Both the position numbers and the translations under genes were made by a program. A DNA stretch of 64,000 bases from contig OZ374566.1 of the NCBI GenBank assembly GCA_977862235.1, positions 248,001 through 312,000 on the forward strand. The letters are read 5' to 3'. Shown here in pieces: positions 34,125 through 46,884 of the stretch; positions within the stretch are counted from its first letter, which is position 1; every line of letters starts with the position of its first letter. Under the pieces are notes generated by a model. It ran no database searches. It was not told where the DNA came from and saw only the letters and a list, made by a program, of their open reading frames with translations. The DNA comes from Dudresnaya verticillata. Its lineage: Eukaryota.

Positions 34125-35282
34125 TTAGGGATCTCCCCAATTGTGGTTCGCCTGGTTCGCATACACATTGTAGTAGAAGTTGGCAGCCATGTGTCCGTAG
34201 ACGCTGGAGTAGAAAGAAGCCGCGCCGTCCTCGGACAGGTTAATGCCCGGCACAGACAGGGGCATTCCGGTCGCAGCGGGTCCGATCCCGGCTATCGACA
34301 CAGTGGCCGGAGTGCCATTCTCCAACACAGCCCCATTAGCGTAGGGGCCAGCTAATCCATTTCCCAGGGGAGGTAGGGTAACCAGCGGCACCGTTGGGGC
34401 ACTCGCACTCTCCGTATTCTGATTGACTACAGCCACGGTTGGGGTAATGGGTCCGTTGTGGTTGACCCCGTGCCCCATGGGGGCAGTCGTATCCGAAGCG
34501 GCGTTGGTGTTCGCCGCCATCTGCATCGCATTACCCGTGCTAGCAGTCGCTGACTGATTGTCCGTTGCAGTTTGAGGCTCGTACACATTGCTGGAGGATG
34601 ACGTCTTCTTCTTTCCTCGGCTGGCGTTATTGCTATCTCTTCTGGCCCTGACCTTCTTCGCGATTGCATCCCCACGAGCTATCTTCGGCATCTTCGGACC
34701 GTGTCGCATATTAGCGAGAACTGCCGCACTTCCGCTTGAGCCCGACGTGATACCGGTGTTTCTGCGATAGACATGGTTATTGGATAGGACTTGAGCGGTC
34801 CCGGTTCCCATGGACTGATGAGCTCGGCGGTTCCCCCCGCGACCCGAGCTCGCACCACCCCTAATAGAGTGACCAGAACTGGAACCGCTCCCAGCAGAGC
34901 GTCCAGAGTTCAAACCACCTTCGGTCGAGTGACGCGCGTGCGGCGCCGCCATCGGCCTAACCGCGTTGTTACGAGATAACGGAGACATCCTCAGAATCCC
35001 GTTGGGGCGAGCCTGTCCGATCGCTCCAACCGCAGTGGGGTGCTCCTGTTCCATTGCACGATGCGTCATCTCCCTAAACAAATTGGAGCGGTGCGTCCCC
35101 ATCGGCATAGCCGTGGAGCGCCGGCGGCCTCTCCAACTCATCCCGTTGGGGCGGGGAGGAGGGACCTCCGAGGCCCCCTCATTACCCGGGTCAATCCTGG
35201 CTGGGCGGCCGGCACGCGCAGCAGAGCGCCTCGATCCACTGACGCCTGCGGCTTTGTGATAGGTACGGCGGTTACTCGGCAT
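34125..35282 (-). CDS. Same orphan protein, copy 2
   Basis: Two amino-acid differences from copy 1 (N>S, I>T). Confidence 0.55.
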   Translation of the reverse strand: MPSNRRTYHKAAGVSGSRRSAARAGRPARIDPGNEGASEVPPPRPNGMSWRGRRRSTAMPMGTHRSNLFREMTHRAMEQEHPTAVGAIGQARPNGILRMSPLSRNNAVRPMAAPHARHSTEGGLNSGRSAGSGSSSGHSIRGGASSGRGGNRRAHQSMGTGTAQVLSNNHVYRRNTGITSGSSGSAAVLANMRHGPKMPKIARGDAIAKKVRARRDSNNASRGKKKTSSSSNVYEPQTATDNQSATASTGNAMQMAANTNAASDTTAPMGHGVNHNGPITPTVAVVNQNTESASAPTVPLVTLPPLGNGLAGPYANGAVLENGTPATVSIAGIGPAATGMPLSVPGINLSEDGAASFYSSVYGHMAANFYYNVYANQANHNWGDP

Positions 35283-35326
35283 CGCGATAGAAGTATATCC
35301 GCAGTGCTTGGGATACAACGAGGGTG

Positions 35327-35545
35327 CAGAGGAGTGAGAGTGGGCGGGGTGGAGAGGAGTGAGGGTCGGCGGGGTGGAGAGGAGTGAGGATCGGCGGGGT
35401 GGAGAGGAGTGAGAGTGGGCGGGGTGGAGAGGAGTGGGGGTGGGCGGGATGGAGAGGAGTGAGGGTCGGCGGGGTGGAGAGGAGTGAGAGTGGGCGGGGT
35501 GGAGAGGAGTGGGGGTGGGCGAGTGCAGAGGAGTGAGAACGGGCG
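35327..35545 (+). repeat. 25-bp G-rich minisatellite, copy 2
   Basis: Duplicate of 24376-24594. Confidence 0.95.
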
Positions 35546-37839
35546 TGTGAAGAAGGAAGCGATACCGGGAGCAGGGGCGGAAGGGGGGCAGGCTTGCACA
35601 GCCCGAACGGATTAAGTAGCGTTTCTCACTGTCTGTTCCGGCCTGTTTGTAATTTTGGACGACTTTCTCACATCTGCGAAATGACGACAGCGACGGCAGC
35701 TTACAGCGAAGGATATCGTGAGCCCTACACGCCCGACGGGCGCCGTCGGGTACTTGGCCCAAGACGTTTGGGACTGCATCAGCACTCATAAAGGGTGTGT
35801 GCTGTGTGAAGCCTTTCAAGAGGTTAACCGATTGGTCGGGTTGGCGCGAAGTGGACCGGATCAACCAGTTGTTAGAGCTTATGTGTAGATCTGGTCAACG
35901 CATTAATGTGTTGACCCGATCTATTGCTCTCCCTCGTCGAATTGGAATCCCGGATTGAGAGGACAACACGAGGATAGGATGCGCATTTGTAGCTCGGAGG
36001 GAAACAGTCCACAGAAACGTGCCAAGTGTTGTTGAAACGCTCATACGAAACTGTGAACGGAAAGGCCCCAAGTGTTCTCGCAACGGACGCCATGTCAAGA
36101 TTATCCGTTCTTAGATTTCCACGCGTGGAAATCTACTCCGCGGGGGATACGTTCCCCATCTCGCCCCAACACGCAAACGACCGCGTTCGCCTTCGCCATC
36201 GGTGACAACCGGTCGACGTCCTCACTCAAGATAACTCCGAACCCTCGCTATAATTTGCATTTCCATAGAAACCATCGCTGCCTCAGGTCCAGTGAATCCC
36301 AGGGCCCAGTAGAGTCACAGATATAGTGTGTATCGTCACCCAAACACAGTAGGAATCGTCGCGTCCTGTTTCTGCCTATAGGCCATCGACAACGATGGAG
36401 CCGCGATCTGAACCTATAGTCTATTAGTCTATCACTGCTTTGTACCGTTGTCATCAAGGAGTAGCTGTTGCCTTGGATAACTTTGCCAACAAGAGCCCTG
36501 AAAAGAAAGAGCTGCACAAGGACACGCACCTTACTCGACTGTCAACAGTTTAGACTATTGGCACCTGCCCATGGTCTATATCGTTCACTGGGCGCTTCCT
36601 CCGCAAAGCCGAGTAGCGGTGTGCGCGGCAACAGGAACATCAGAGCATTCCCGCAACGGGATTGCGACGCGACTACAGCCACACCTGACAACTGTGCTGT
36701 TTGTGATCAATATGACATCGAGCTGCACCCGATGGTCATTGATATATATGGACGCACCGGTGCTGGCTTCGATATCGGCGCTCAAGTCTTCGCCAACTTT
36801 CTTGCCGAAAAGAAAGGCACTTGCCCGCTTGCTGAGAAACATGCTCTCTTGAATCGTCTTGTCTCCTTTGTTACGCAGTTTGTCGCCGTCAGCGTCAATC
36901 GTCGCCGCTTGACTCCTGCAGATTTGCCTCATATGTAGTGCTTAAGAGTATCCAGTAGGGATGCTCTAGCTTTATGCTTTCGTAAAGTGACGTTTACCCC
37001 CACCTGACAACCAGGTGTACGCGCAGCGGTTGATCGCCAAAAAAACAAGAAAAACGTGCGCTTTGGCGGCAGTTAATTTTGACGCCGAACACCTCATCTC
37101 TTCTTCAACAGTGTGGACAGGGGCTGTAAGCTGTTTTCAGCGGTGTAAAGGGAAAGGGACACCGTGTCCCAAGCCCTACAAGCGCGGAGTGTTTGGTTCA
37201 CAAACTCAAGTCAGGGACTACCATGCATTTATGATAGACAACGTGGGCGGGGCGCAACTCGCTCGCAACTCGCTCCGCGAGGCGCAACTCGCTTGCAACT
37301 CGCGCCACGAGACGCAACTCGCTCTTTATTATTGTTAACATTCATCAAGAGGCAGTCTTGGAGACCTTCTGCCGGAGAGGGCGACGGTGGCGCAGAGGAT
37401 TGGACTACTCAGCAAGAAGAACAAGATTGACTACCTTCCCATGTGGCCTCTAGAGATCGCTTTGACGAGGAGGAGCATGAGCAGAGAAACCTGGACTGTG
37501 AGGAGCATGAGAAGAGAAACCTGGACTGTGGGGTACGATACCCGTTCAGTCCGAGCGGTATAGCGGTGGGCCGGCCGCTGGCAACCCCGGTCGATTGAGA
37601 CAGCATTAAACTGCCTGCCCTTGGGCGCGTGACGCGGGATGGCAGCACCGAGGTATTACCGTTCTTTCTTGTGCGAGCGCGGCCACGTTTGTTCGCAGAG
37701 CGTTAGTGTGCGACTCCCTCTTCTTTGTGCAAGCGTGAATCATTACACAGTGCGCCCTTGTGTCTTGACTCGCGCTCTCGAACCCTTCCTGCCCACCGCT
37801 TTCGCACCCTCGCGCCTGTCCTGACATACTGTGTCATAA

Positions 37840-39105
37840 ATGTTTTCTTCTTTAACCCGCGCTGAAGTCGACGAGTTCGACCGGAGGCAGCGAGGCATGT
37901 ATGAAGAGACACACCGTCCCCTGACCGACTCCGCCTGGTACCTCGCTACGCTTCCTGTTCGTTTTGGGGGTCTTGGAATAACCTCTGCGTCTGATATTGC
38001 CCATGCTGCTTATGCGGGCTCGCTGCTTCAAGTCCGCTCAGCGGTTCGCCTCCTCACCAACAGCATCGGACAATTTGCTTCTGCTCGCATCTGCCCGATC
38101 GATAGAGCCATTACAGAAGCACTGCTTCCTCTACAAAACCTTTCTCTTCTCCCCTTGCCTCTCACCCCGGAAGCTCTATTAAGGAAAGCTACTCAACGCA
38201 ATGGTTCGGTTCCTGGCATTCAAATGTCCATTACAGATAGTATTATGGCTGCCCGTGCAGCTGTACTCCGCTCTCCATCGCTTTCCTCGCATTCTTCAAC
38301 AGAACAAAAATCGTACATGGCTCGTCTACTGTCCTGCAGTACGGCTGCAGCTAGTGCGCCATTTACTGCCCTCCCGAATACCTATCGCGGTACTCGCTTC
38401 ACCCCGGAGGAATGGATTACCGCGTGTGATATCCGCTTGGGCAACCCGGTTTTCACCGGCACTACTCGTTGTCCCCACTGTGTACTCACGCGGGGCGTGA
38501 CGCAAGCTCCTCTACTTGATCCTCTCGGGAAACATGCCATCATCTGCGCTAGGCGCGAAGGTGCTATCCGGCGTCATAACACGTTACGCGATGTTCTAGC
38601 CAACGAATTCCGCCAGTTGGGCCTACGCCCTATCTATGTCGAATACTCGTTTCTCGCCGAACGTCATCTACCCCCTACTTCTCGTCGTCGTATGGACGTG
38701 GTGGTTCCTATATCTGCCTTTAACCCCCGCCCTCAGGCATTTGACGTTACGGTGGCAGCCCCGTTTGCTGCCAATTACTGCACTGCCGCCTCTCGCTTGG
38801 GTGGGGCAGCGGCGACGCTCACTGAAAGGCCCAAAAGAGCGCATTACCAAGATCTACTCGACAGCGAGGGAATGGATTTCTATGCTGTCGGTATTGACTC
38901 CTACGGCGCTATTGGCACTGAGGCTCGTCAGGCGTTACGTGCCATTGGCCGCTTTACGTCCGAACGGAGAGGGAGTAACCCTTCGGACGAAACGCAAGCA
39001 CTCACGAATCGCATTGTATCTCATCCTCTCCGCTTTCAGGCGCTGGCGATCAATCGCCGTCGTCTTGCCCTTCAGGTAGGTCCTTGCGTAGACTGGGCGA
39101 CTTAG
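37840..39105 (+). CDS. Same RLE ORF, copy 2
   Basis: Identical translation. Confidence 0.85.
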   Translation: MFSSLTRAEVDEFDRRQRGMYEETHRPLTDSAWYLATLPVRFGGLGITSASDIAHAAYAGSLLQVRSAVRLLTNSIGQFASARICPIDRAITEALLPLQNLSLLPLPLTPEALLRKATQRNGSVPGIQMSITDSIMAARAAVLRSPSLSSHSSTEQKSYMARLLSCSTAAASAPFTALPNTYRGTRFTPEEWITACDIRLGNPVFTGTTRCPHCVLTRGVTQAPLLDPLGKHAIICARREGAIRRHNTLRDVLANEFRQLGLRPIYVEYSFLAERHLPPTSRRRMDVVVPISAFNPRPQAFDVTVAAPFAANYCTAASRLGGAAATLTERPKRAHYQDLLDSEGMDFYAVGIDSYGAIGTEARQALRAIGRFTSERRGSNPSDETQALTNRIVSHPLRFQALAINRRRLALQVGPCVDWAT

Positions 39106-41869
39106 CGCCCTTCCAATCCTACCATAAAGGTCCCCATCTCTCTTCTTCTTTTGTCGCGACGCGCCCCCGTAAACGAATGCAAGCATCGCACCCTGTAAGG
39201 CAGATCGCGTAGCAACGATCGATTCGACACGGTCTGCGCCTCTCCCACACGCAAGCATGCTGCTGCGCTTGCTGACGTGATGAGTCCGAGAAGTCCCATT
39301 TTGCTTTCTGGGTGGTGCTGCCTGCCAACCCTGAGAGGGGGGGCTGTCCCGCGCGAGCCCGTGCTTGAAGACCGAGCTGTTCGCAAGATGTGACGGTCTG
39401 CGCCATGTCAAGGGTGCCCTGCTTGCAAGCAAGCTGAACGTCAACGGCCCGTCTTCGCTTTAAGGGCAGCAAATAGGGTGTCGTGTGGTGGTGGCCTGCA
39501 CGCGTAACTGGCTAGCTTCACCATCCGCCTGTGTCCGCGCCTGCTTTCCTTCTCCGTGCCGAGAGCAGCGCTTGCTCGCCAATCTCGCCCAGCAGGACAC
39601 ACGACAGCGTGTCTCCAGATATGACCCGTCCAACTCAGCGGCGGCTCATCACTCCGCCCGCAGGACACCCGCGCTGTACGATTCTGGTGGTATGCACATG
39701 TACATTTCCAACGCACGGCCCTATCGCGCTCGCTCCTAGCCATTCTCGCCATTCTCGCCTCTGCCGGCGTTTCGCCCTGCCGTCAACTTCACGAGAGCTG
39801 CCACGGCGCGCTGGCGCGCCGTGGCACTGGAACCGCTGCGACGAGCCGAAGCCTTTTGCGGAGCTTTGCGCGGCGCGCGCGCCTCTAAAGCGTTGGTCGC
39901 GTGCTTGTCGACATCACGGCAAAGCCGCGCCGCCGACGGCTCCGTGCCGAGCACATCTCATCAACGGCCCTGTGCCGGAAATTCCCCGCGGATCGCGCCG
40001 AGCGCGCACGGCTCCCTCGGTATGACCGCGCCGCGCCTGTCCCACCCTCGACAGGCGAGGTGCGCCCCTCCAGCCCGCAAGCGCTGCTCCTCCGCGCACG
40101 TGCACACGCGCCCGCGCTCACGCTTGCACGCAAACAGATGACCCACAGGCAGGGACGCAAGGCAGACACGCGCGCAGCCGTGCGCTTGCTCTTCGGAAAG
40201 CCCGCACCGGCCTATGCCGCATACTGAACGTCGCCGAGCCATCGCGCTGCGCAGTGCGCGAGAAAGCAAGCGCACAGACCCGGGCACATCCACTCGCACG
40301 CGCGAGTGCGCTCCTCTGTAGTCGCGCCCGATGCAGCGCCCCCATCGCGTACACGACTCTCTCTCTCTCTCTCGCTCTCTCTCCCTCTCTCTCTCTCCAC
40401 CTGCGCCCCCGTTACAGGCGCACGCGACGAGCGCGTCCACGCGCGCCGTTCCCAGGAAAATAGGAGGGAAAAGGGCACGACGTTTCAGAGTTCTGGCCCG
40501 ATCTCAACCATGTCGGATCTCGACGAGCTCGACGAGCTCCCTTCTGACTATGAGTGCGACTGGGAGGCTGACTACACTGCAGTGCTCGACGATTCCAGTA
40601 TTGATGCGGACTGCGTGGAGTCGTCTGGGTGATGACTTTGCCGCAGCCTGGAACCAATTCACTGCAGCACGATCAGCAGTGGAAAGGCCCCGAGCACTCT
40701 ACTGCACTAGGGGGTCCCTCGTTTCTGACACATCGCCACCCTCGCCAAGATCTGCGGAATGCAGTCTACTCTACGTCACAGGGTTTCGCAAAACGCTCGA
40801 CCGCGCCTTGCGCAGCGAACTTCAGGAGCTGTCGACATCTCTTGGATCCCGTGTGGGGGAACTGTTCGAATGGACTCTCCTACGATGTGTCGGGTCGAAG
40901 ACCGTTATTCGTAAGCTCCACCGCGAAGCTCGCGATCTAGCGTCGCAACTTTTCCAGTCGCTCTTCGCAACGTCAGTCTCAAATGTTTCGCAGCCGCGGC
41001 CGTCATCGGCAGTTCCCAACACCTCCTTAGCCCAGTCCCCTCCGGGGGCCGCTTCTTTTCACAGAACCAGTCCACCTCATGGTGGTATGTCCGTGCGCGA
41101 GGGTGAGGTCAGTAAGTCTGCTGGAGAGGCTGCGCGAGTCGAAACGGCGACATCGTTGGTGCCAGTCCGAGACCGTGGACCATTCTGCCCGCATCGAGTG
41201 ATGCTGCCTGCGACATGGTGCCCAAGCTACTGGGCGCAGCTCTTGAGTGAGTTCGACTATTGAACCCGCAGATAACGATACTGCGATTTACCATACCACA
41301 TCCCGACCCACAAGCGCTTTCTGCCTTCCATATCCAGGATCCCAGTCAACATAATAAGCTCTCTTAATGGCGTGCTTCACTATCTGGACGTCTTACCGCA
41401 CCGATCTACAACTCTCCTCGCTTCACCCCTTCACTCTCCCTCGGTGACTATCGTGACCCTGCTCTGGCACCTCGGCACTTTTCCCACTCCTCCGCTTTCC
41501 TCATCGTCTCGTCCCGCCCTTAACGCAGCTGCGCATCGTCCCCAACTTCTATCCTCACGGAACTCCTGCTGACAAGAATTCCAAGACATACTGGTTGCCA
41601 TCTAAACCCTTCGTGAACAGCGTGCTGTCCCTTTACTTACGCCACACACGCCAGTAGATTACTCTCCCCGTTAATTAGCCAAGTTCTTGTTTCTGCATAG
41701 CATTACTCTGTCGGTGGGTCTGCTCATGGGCCTTAGATGCCTACCCGGGCTCACCTTAGATTTTCTTGATAAAGCATACCCTCACAGCTCTGAATAACTG
41801 CGAATAACTCACCCAACTGCTGGCACGGTTGAAAAGTAAGCGGCAGAGAGGGACTGATGTGCGACAAGG

Positions 41870-43320
41870 GTCACCATGATCGCAGTTGCAGCAAGGCAGA
41901 AGTTACGCCAGTCTTCTTGATGGCATAATGGCACATATTATGCTGTCTTGTTGGATTGAAATCGCGCGGCCAGCTGACGCTGCACCAGTTCCCTTGAAGC
42001 GTTGGCTGGACGGTAGGCTGAGACATTCTTCGGGAAACTGCATTCGCGCGGCATGGATCTTGCTTCTTGCGCTCCAACGCTATCTGAGTCAAATATCAAC
42101 CCGAGCCTGCAAGCAACTTCATCGTGTCACAAGACATCACTTTAGGAGCCAGCAATGCGTTAAAGCTATGGTCGCATTGGAGTAGTTCACGAATAAACGA
42201 GAGCTTCTTCTGTTTCGGACTGCACGAGGGTAATCGTGATTTCAAATATGGAATAATAGCTTGTTGGTCTATGATCTGGTCATGCAGTTTGTAGGCGTAT
42301 CAGAAGGGCAGCATACCACTTTCTCAGTGAAGTGCATCAGCCATTTTGTGAACAAGAGGAGAATTTGGAAACCCTGGAAGGAGCATGGTCTGTACACCTG
42401 CGAAACATTCACGGACAACACGTTTCCAAAACACAGCCGACTTTTGTCTTCCTATTGCACCCATGACCCAAACGGTTTTGGAGGGTTTCTGAGTGGAGGA
42501 AAAGCTTCGTACGCGGTGCACTTCGAACTCATCGCACAATGTTTGGGATGAAAGCTTCGAGCTGGGGAACAAGATTCTTGTCCTCATCCTTAGCAGAAGG
42601 CCGGCATAGTTACATACCACATAAGATCCTGTAGGGCCCCTAACTTCAACTTCCTTCCGAAGATTCTCGAACGCTTCATGGTGTAAGATTCTCCACTACT
42701 GCAAGAATGCATTCCCGTTCCTCTTGTCAACACCAACGTCCTCATGAAGATTCATGACTACTGCACCACACCGTGCAGTAGTCAAGAACCTTATGTATGG
42801 ACGTTGGCGTTCACGAGAGCAATGGGAACGCGCATGCCACCATCGCCCAGACAGATAACACAGTGAATACCCGCAACCAGAATCTGGTGGTGGTCTGTAC
42901 GCGGTCTCCCCACCCATATACCAGATGGTCGTTGACAATTTTCATATGGTATATGGATATGGAATATGGAAAGCGACCAGCATCGGATTTCTGACCGCAC
43001 AACCATCCTCGATTTCAAGGCGGATGGACACGCAGCCTCCAGGAATCGTTGTGAGCCTGAGGCATGCTTACTTCTTCCCTGCACCTACGCAGCATCTGAA
43101 ATGCTGCTGCTTAGGTACTGGAGCCCATTCCAAGACTTGCGGAACCGCACATCTTCCATGTACCTGCGAGTCAGTTTAGATTCTGTGTAGGTCTAAAATG
43201 ATACTGCTTAGGTACAGGGAAGAAGTGAGGTTGAGCAAGTCTCAGAATGAGCTCCGGGGGAAGCTTTAGCGGCAACGGGCGGGTGGACAGGCGGAGCGGA
43301 AGGGCGGGGTTGTCGTCCAT
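41870..43320 (-). pseudogene. Degenerate gene with N-terminal F-box-like motif
   Basis: MDDNPA...LKLPPELILRL followed by broken ORF pieces (42696-42938, 42324-42620); boundaries approximate. Confidence 0.4.
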
Positions 43321-44064
43321 AGTCGGTTGACACGCGCGCGCGGCGTGTGAGTGTTGTACCATCACCGCTCCTCGAGCAAGGAACGCAGGGGCGCGGAAAG
43401 TGGAGGAAGGGGTGCGAACGGGGCAAAGCGGGGCGCGAGTCGGAGTGAGCGGGCTAGAGAGATGGGCAAGGATTATCGAAGCGAGGGAAGAGGGCCACGG
43501 CAATCCATCGCGGCTGACGCAATGGAAGTTCTCGTAAACGCTGCGTACCATTCTGCTGCGGTCATGTCGAGAGGAGGGGCGGTGGTCTGCAGTGATCGGT
43601 GGGGCTTGAAGTAGGCCAGCCGGTTGCAGTCGGGCGCGCGCATCGCGCCCGGACGGCGCGCTGGTCGCCGACGGCGGGAGCACTGTAAGGTATTGTAAGG
43701 TATCTTACATTGGGACTCTGCGACACCGATGGGTCCAAATCGACAGTGGAGGGGGGGTGGGGGGGAGGGGGCCTTCTGGAGAGTGTTGAGTGATGGCTGT
43801 TCCCCGCTGATACTGTAAGGTTTGCCAGACAAGATTCTGACGCAACTTTCAGTGGAAAAGAGTTACAAGAGTTTATAACTTTTGGAGAGTTTTTGCATCC
43901 GCGCCACAGACTGGAAGTGTAACAGTCCTGTAATGCTCACATTCTGTCAAGTGATAATCCTGCCCAGCTCGGTAGTACCGCTATGGAGGTAATTGAAACC
44001 TTCAAATTCTGTTGCAACAGCTTGTGATATACAACGCGGTAGTGGAAGACTATCTACGACGTAG

Positions 44065-44113
44065 AAGCAGCATGTTCGATACCGTAGATTCTACGGTATC
44101 GAACATGCTGCTT
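44065..44113. repeat. Perfect 49-bp palindrome
   Basis: AAGCAGCATGTTCGATACCGTAGA-T-TCTACGGTATCGAACATGCTGCTT. Confidence 0.98.
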
Positions 44114-44455
44114 GTCTATCATCTGACTTAAGGTTTGGCCATGTGTTGAACGCAAAATCGTCGGTGGAATGTATGTTTGTAGAGGTGATACTTGAAGATG
44201 GCGCGCTATACCCGAGAATTTTCTGCGAAGCAAAGGTGAGTCCGGTATGGATGCTCACCAGCGTGCAAACGTATGACACTCGGCTTGGGTCACTTGTTGC
44301 GATGCGGGGCTTGTGAACAGGTTTTGACTCGTCTGAAATGCAAGCCGCATCCTTTAAGCTTGTTTACACAACTATACTGGGTTCAATATGTGATCAAGAT
44401 TGCCCCGTCTTCTCAGACACGTCTCAAGTACTGTTTTAGATAGGGAAGCTGGCAC

Positions 44456-45058
44456 CAGGGCCGTATTTGTGACTGACTGACTGGCATAAAATTTAGGTGA
44501 CTTTTGACTGACTGACTCTCCCTTTTTCGCTGACTGACTAAACGCTGGATACACAAAAGACACGTGGTGATCTGTACATGTGTCCCCGGTGTAAAACGTG
44601 GAGAGCATGTGCTGGTGGCCGCCGCCGGTCGTCCCCAGCCGCCGCCGCCGGAGAGCATGCCGCGTCAAGCCAATCTACGATCTGCTGGGATGTGAGCACT
44701 GAACAAAGTATCGCCCTCGACTTTAGCAACGATACTTTAGTCCCAGCCGAGCGTCTCTTCAGTGATCTGGGAAGACGTGAAGGAAATCAGAGCCAGTCTT
44801 TGCTAACAAGTACGCTGGAAATATCTGAGATGATTCGCGTGTTCGTGAAAAGCGAGCTGCAGGAGATCAGATTACCTCAAGAGGGGTTGCTGCACCCGCA
44901 GGCAGCCAACTTTAAGCGTTTAGTGCATAAACTAGCCGCGAAAGTTGTAGATATGTAAAGATGACTGCTATTTGACTTAATATGACTGACTTGGTATAAA
45001 AAGGGCATGACTATGACTTTCCAAACCTCTTTTTTCGGTAGTCACAAATACGACCCTG
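44456..45058 (+). mobile_element. Non-autonomous hAT element (internal deletion derivative)
   Basis: 19-bp TIR CAGGGYCGTATTTGTGACT, 8-bp TSD GCTGGCAC, subterminal GACT repeats, dimerisation-domain remnant AERLFSDLG...LE. Confidence 0.95.
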
Positions 45059-45564
45059 GCTGGCACGGTCTCTTGTCAGATTCTCTAAAATGCAACCGTT
45101 GACCTCCATGTCTCAGATACATCTCCAAAACCTCCGGGCAGAATACCACGTCGAACCTCCACTCCTACGCCAGCGGAGAGTAAATCAGAGCCTGCTATCA
45201 GGCACGATTCTTCTCACACACGCTGTAACACTTCAAGCTTCATAGTATGCCCAAAAAAGGATTGAGGCTCTCTTTAACTGCCCCAATGCCACTGCACATC
45301 AAGCGAGAGTGATGGACTGTCTCACCAGGCACAACGTGCGCATAAAGGTAGAAAAGGAATCGCTTGGTGCCCATTCAGTGTCCCCGCAGTGCCCTGGCAG
45401 TTCCCTGAACAAGGCCATTATACAAAAGACTGAATACATTCTCACCTGTCAGCTCCCTACAACTGACTGGCCTTCACCGCAAGAAGCTTACCACCCGCTG
45501 TAATCTTGGAACTTTTCCAGCCCTACTACGGTGGCATTATCCGTCTCCCCTTCACTATCCCCAT

Positions 45565-45968
45565 TGTGGTAACTTGGGCCCGCGCAGCGTTGCGAAGGGA
45601 AAGTATACGACTCGGGAAAGGAGAACGGGCGCGGGAAGGCAAGAGTGAGAAGGTTGGCGACGCACCTTGGGTGACCTCTTCCACTCCACGTGGGGTCCGC
45701 GCCGAAGGGCTCTGGCCTTTATGACACTACTGTCTCTCGAGCAAATCTGCTCCTACCAGCTTCCAGCCGAGGAACATCCTCCAGCCGGGCTGTCGGCGCG
45801 CCAGCGAACGCGACAGTCATCTAAGAAAACCTTTTCCTTGACAACTGGCCGTTCCAGGCCGCGAACCTGTACACGTGTGCCATCGCGTGAGCGCCCACGC
45901 CTTGCGGAGTCGCAAAGGCCGCGGTAGCTTCCAACGCGCTGCTCGCGAGCACAGTGCTCCGCGTCACA
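45565..45968. mobile_element. Solo LTR
   Basis: TGTG...CACA, 4-bp TSD CCAT, absent from the paralogous site near 53200. Confidence 0.75.
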
Positions 45969-46396
45969 CCATTCTTGAAGCCCTGTCAAGCCTCATCCGT
46001 GCCACTTCATCCTCCGCTCCATCTGCCACACAACGAATGACATCGGAGGGGGATGAAAACAGGATTGCGAGCATCCTCCTTTCCCTAGATAGCACCAGGA
46101 CATCCCCGAATATATCCATGGTGTGACTGACTGTACGCGTTTTATCGTCACCTGCTTAGATCCACTCTAAACAAGCGTAGTACAGTGAACATCTTAAAGA
46201 GTACAGTGCTGCGCACAGACGAGATGCAGCGCATGCATTGCACATCGCCGAAATTTAGACTGGCTGCGTATCATGTAGCATCTCTTCCTCTTCCGCTCCC
46301 TCTCAGACCCAGTTGCAGTTCCTCAACAAGTCTGACCAGACTTTTAAACTTGGCGTACGTCTGTAACTGAAAGCTGTTTTCCTTCGCTCACAGTAG

Positions 46397-46884
46397 TATG
46401 ACGCTGCGCGGGTGACAAATCTCTCGCACGGAGCGTTCACAGACGCGCAAGAAAAAAGACACAACATTCGTCTGTTCACCGTCCATCTTGTAGTAAAGTG
46501 AAGATTTCCCCCCTCCCTCCATCGGGGTCGCTTGACGCTTGGAGGACCAGTTTATTGTCCGAACAGCTGGGCCGATGCAGCCATTGGCTGAAGCAGATCG
46601 CCACTCCGCTGGAACAAGCAGAGCTCAGAGCCGGACCAGATAACTCGGCGGTGATTGTATGGTGCTGTCTTGGGTACCCCCACGCCGGCGGATGCCGCTC
46701 GCAGAGTGTTGTTCCCTCTCTTCTCCCGCTCACCGCAGGCACAGTCCCTCTTGTGTCAATCCCGCAGGTGATCAGTGCGAGCAACGCGTAGCGGCGGACC
46801 GAAAGTCCATTATTGCGTAGAAATGCCCTACAGACGGCTTCCCCCACACTGTTGACGGCCATCAGCGAGGCTCTGGGCGTTACA
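46397..46884. mobile_element. Degenerate solo LTR (putative)
   Basis: TATGACGC...GCGTTACA ends, flanks GTAG/ATAG, absent from the paralog near 53620. Confidence 0.5.

Larger units (their letters stand above)
33867..36171 (-). mobile_element. Same element, copy 2
   Basis: Duplicate with (CT)14 tail. Confidence 0.65.
33772..42463 (+). repeat. Segmental duplication copy 2
   Basis: As above; only a handful of substitutions seen. Confidence 0.98.
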
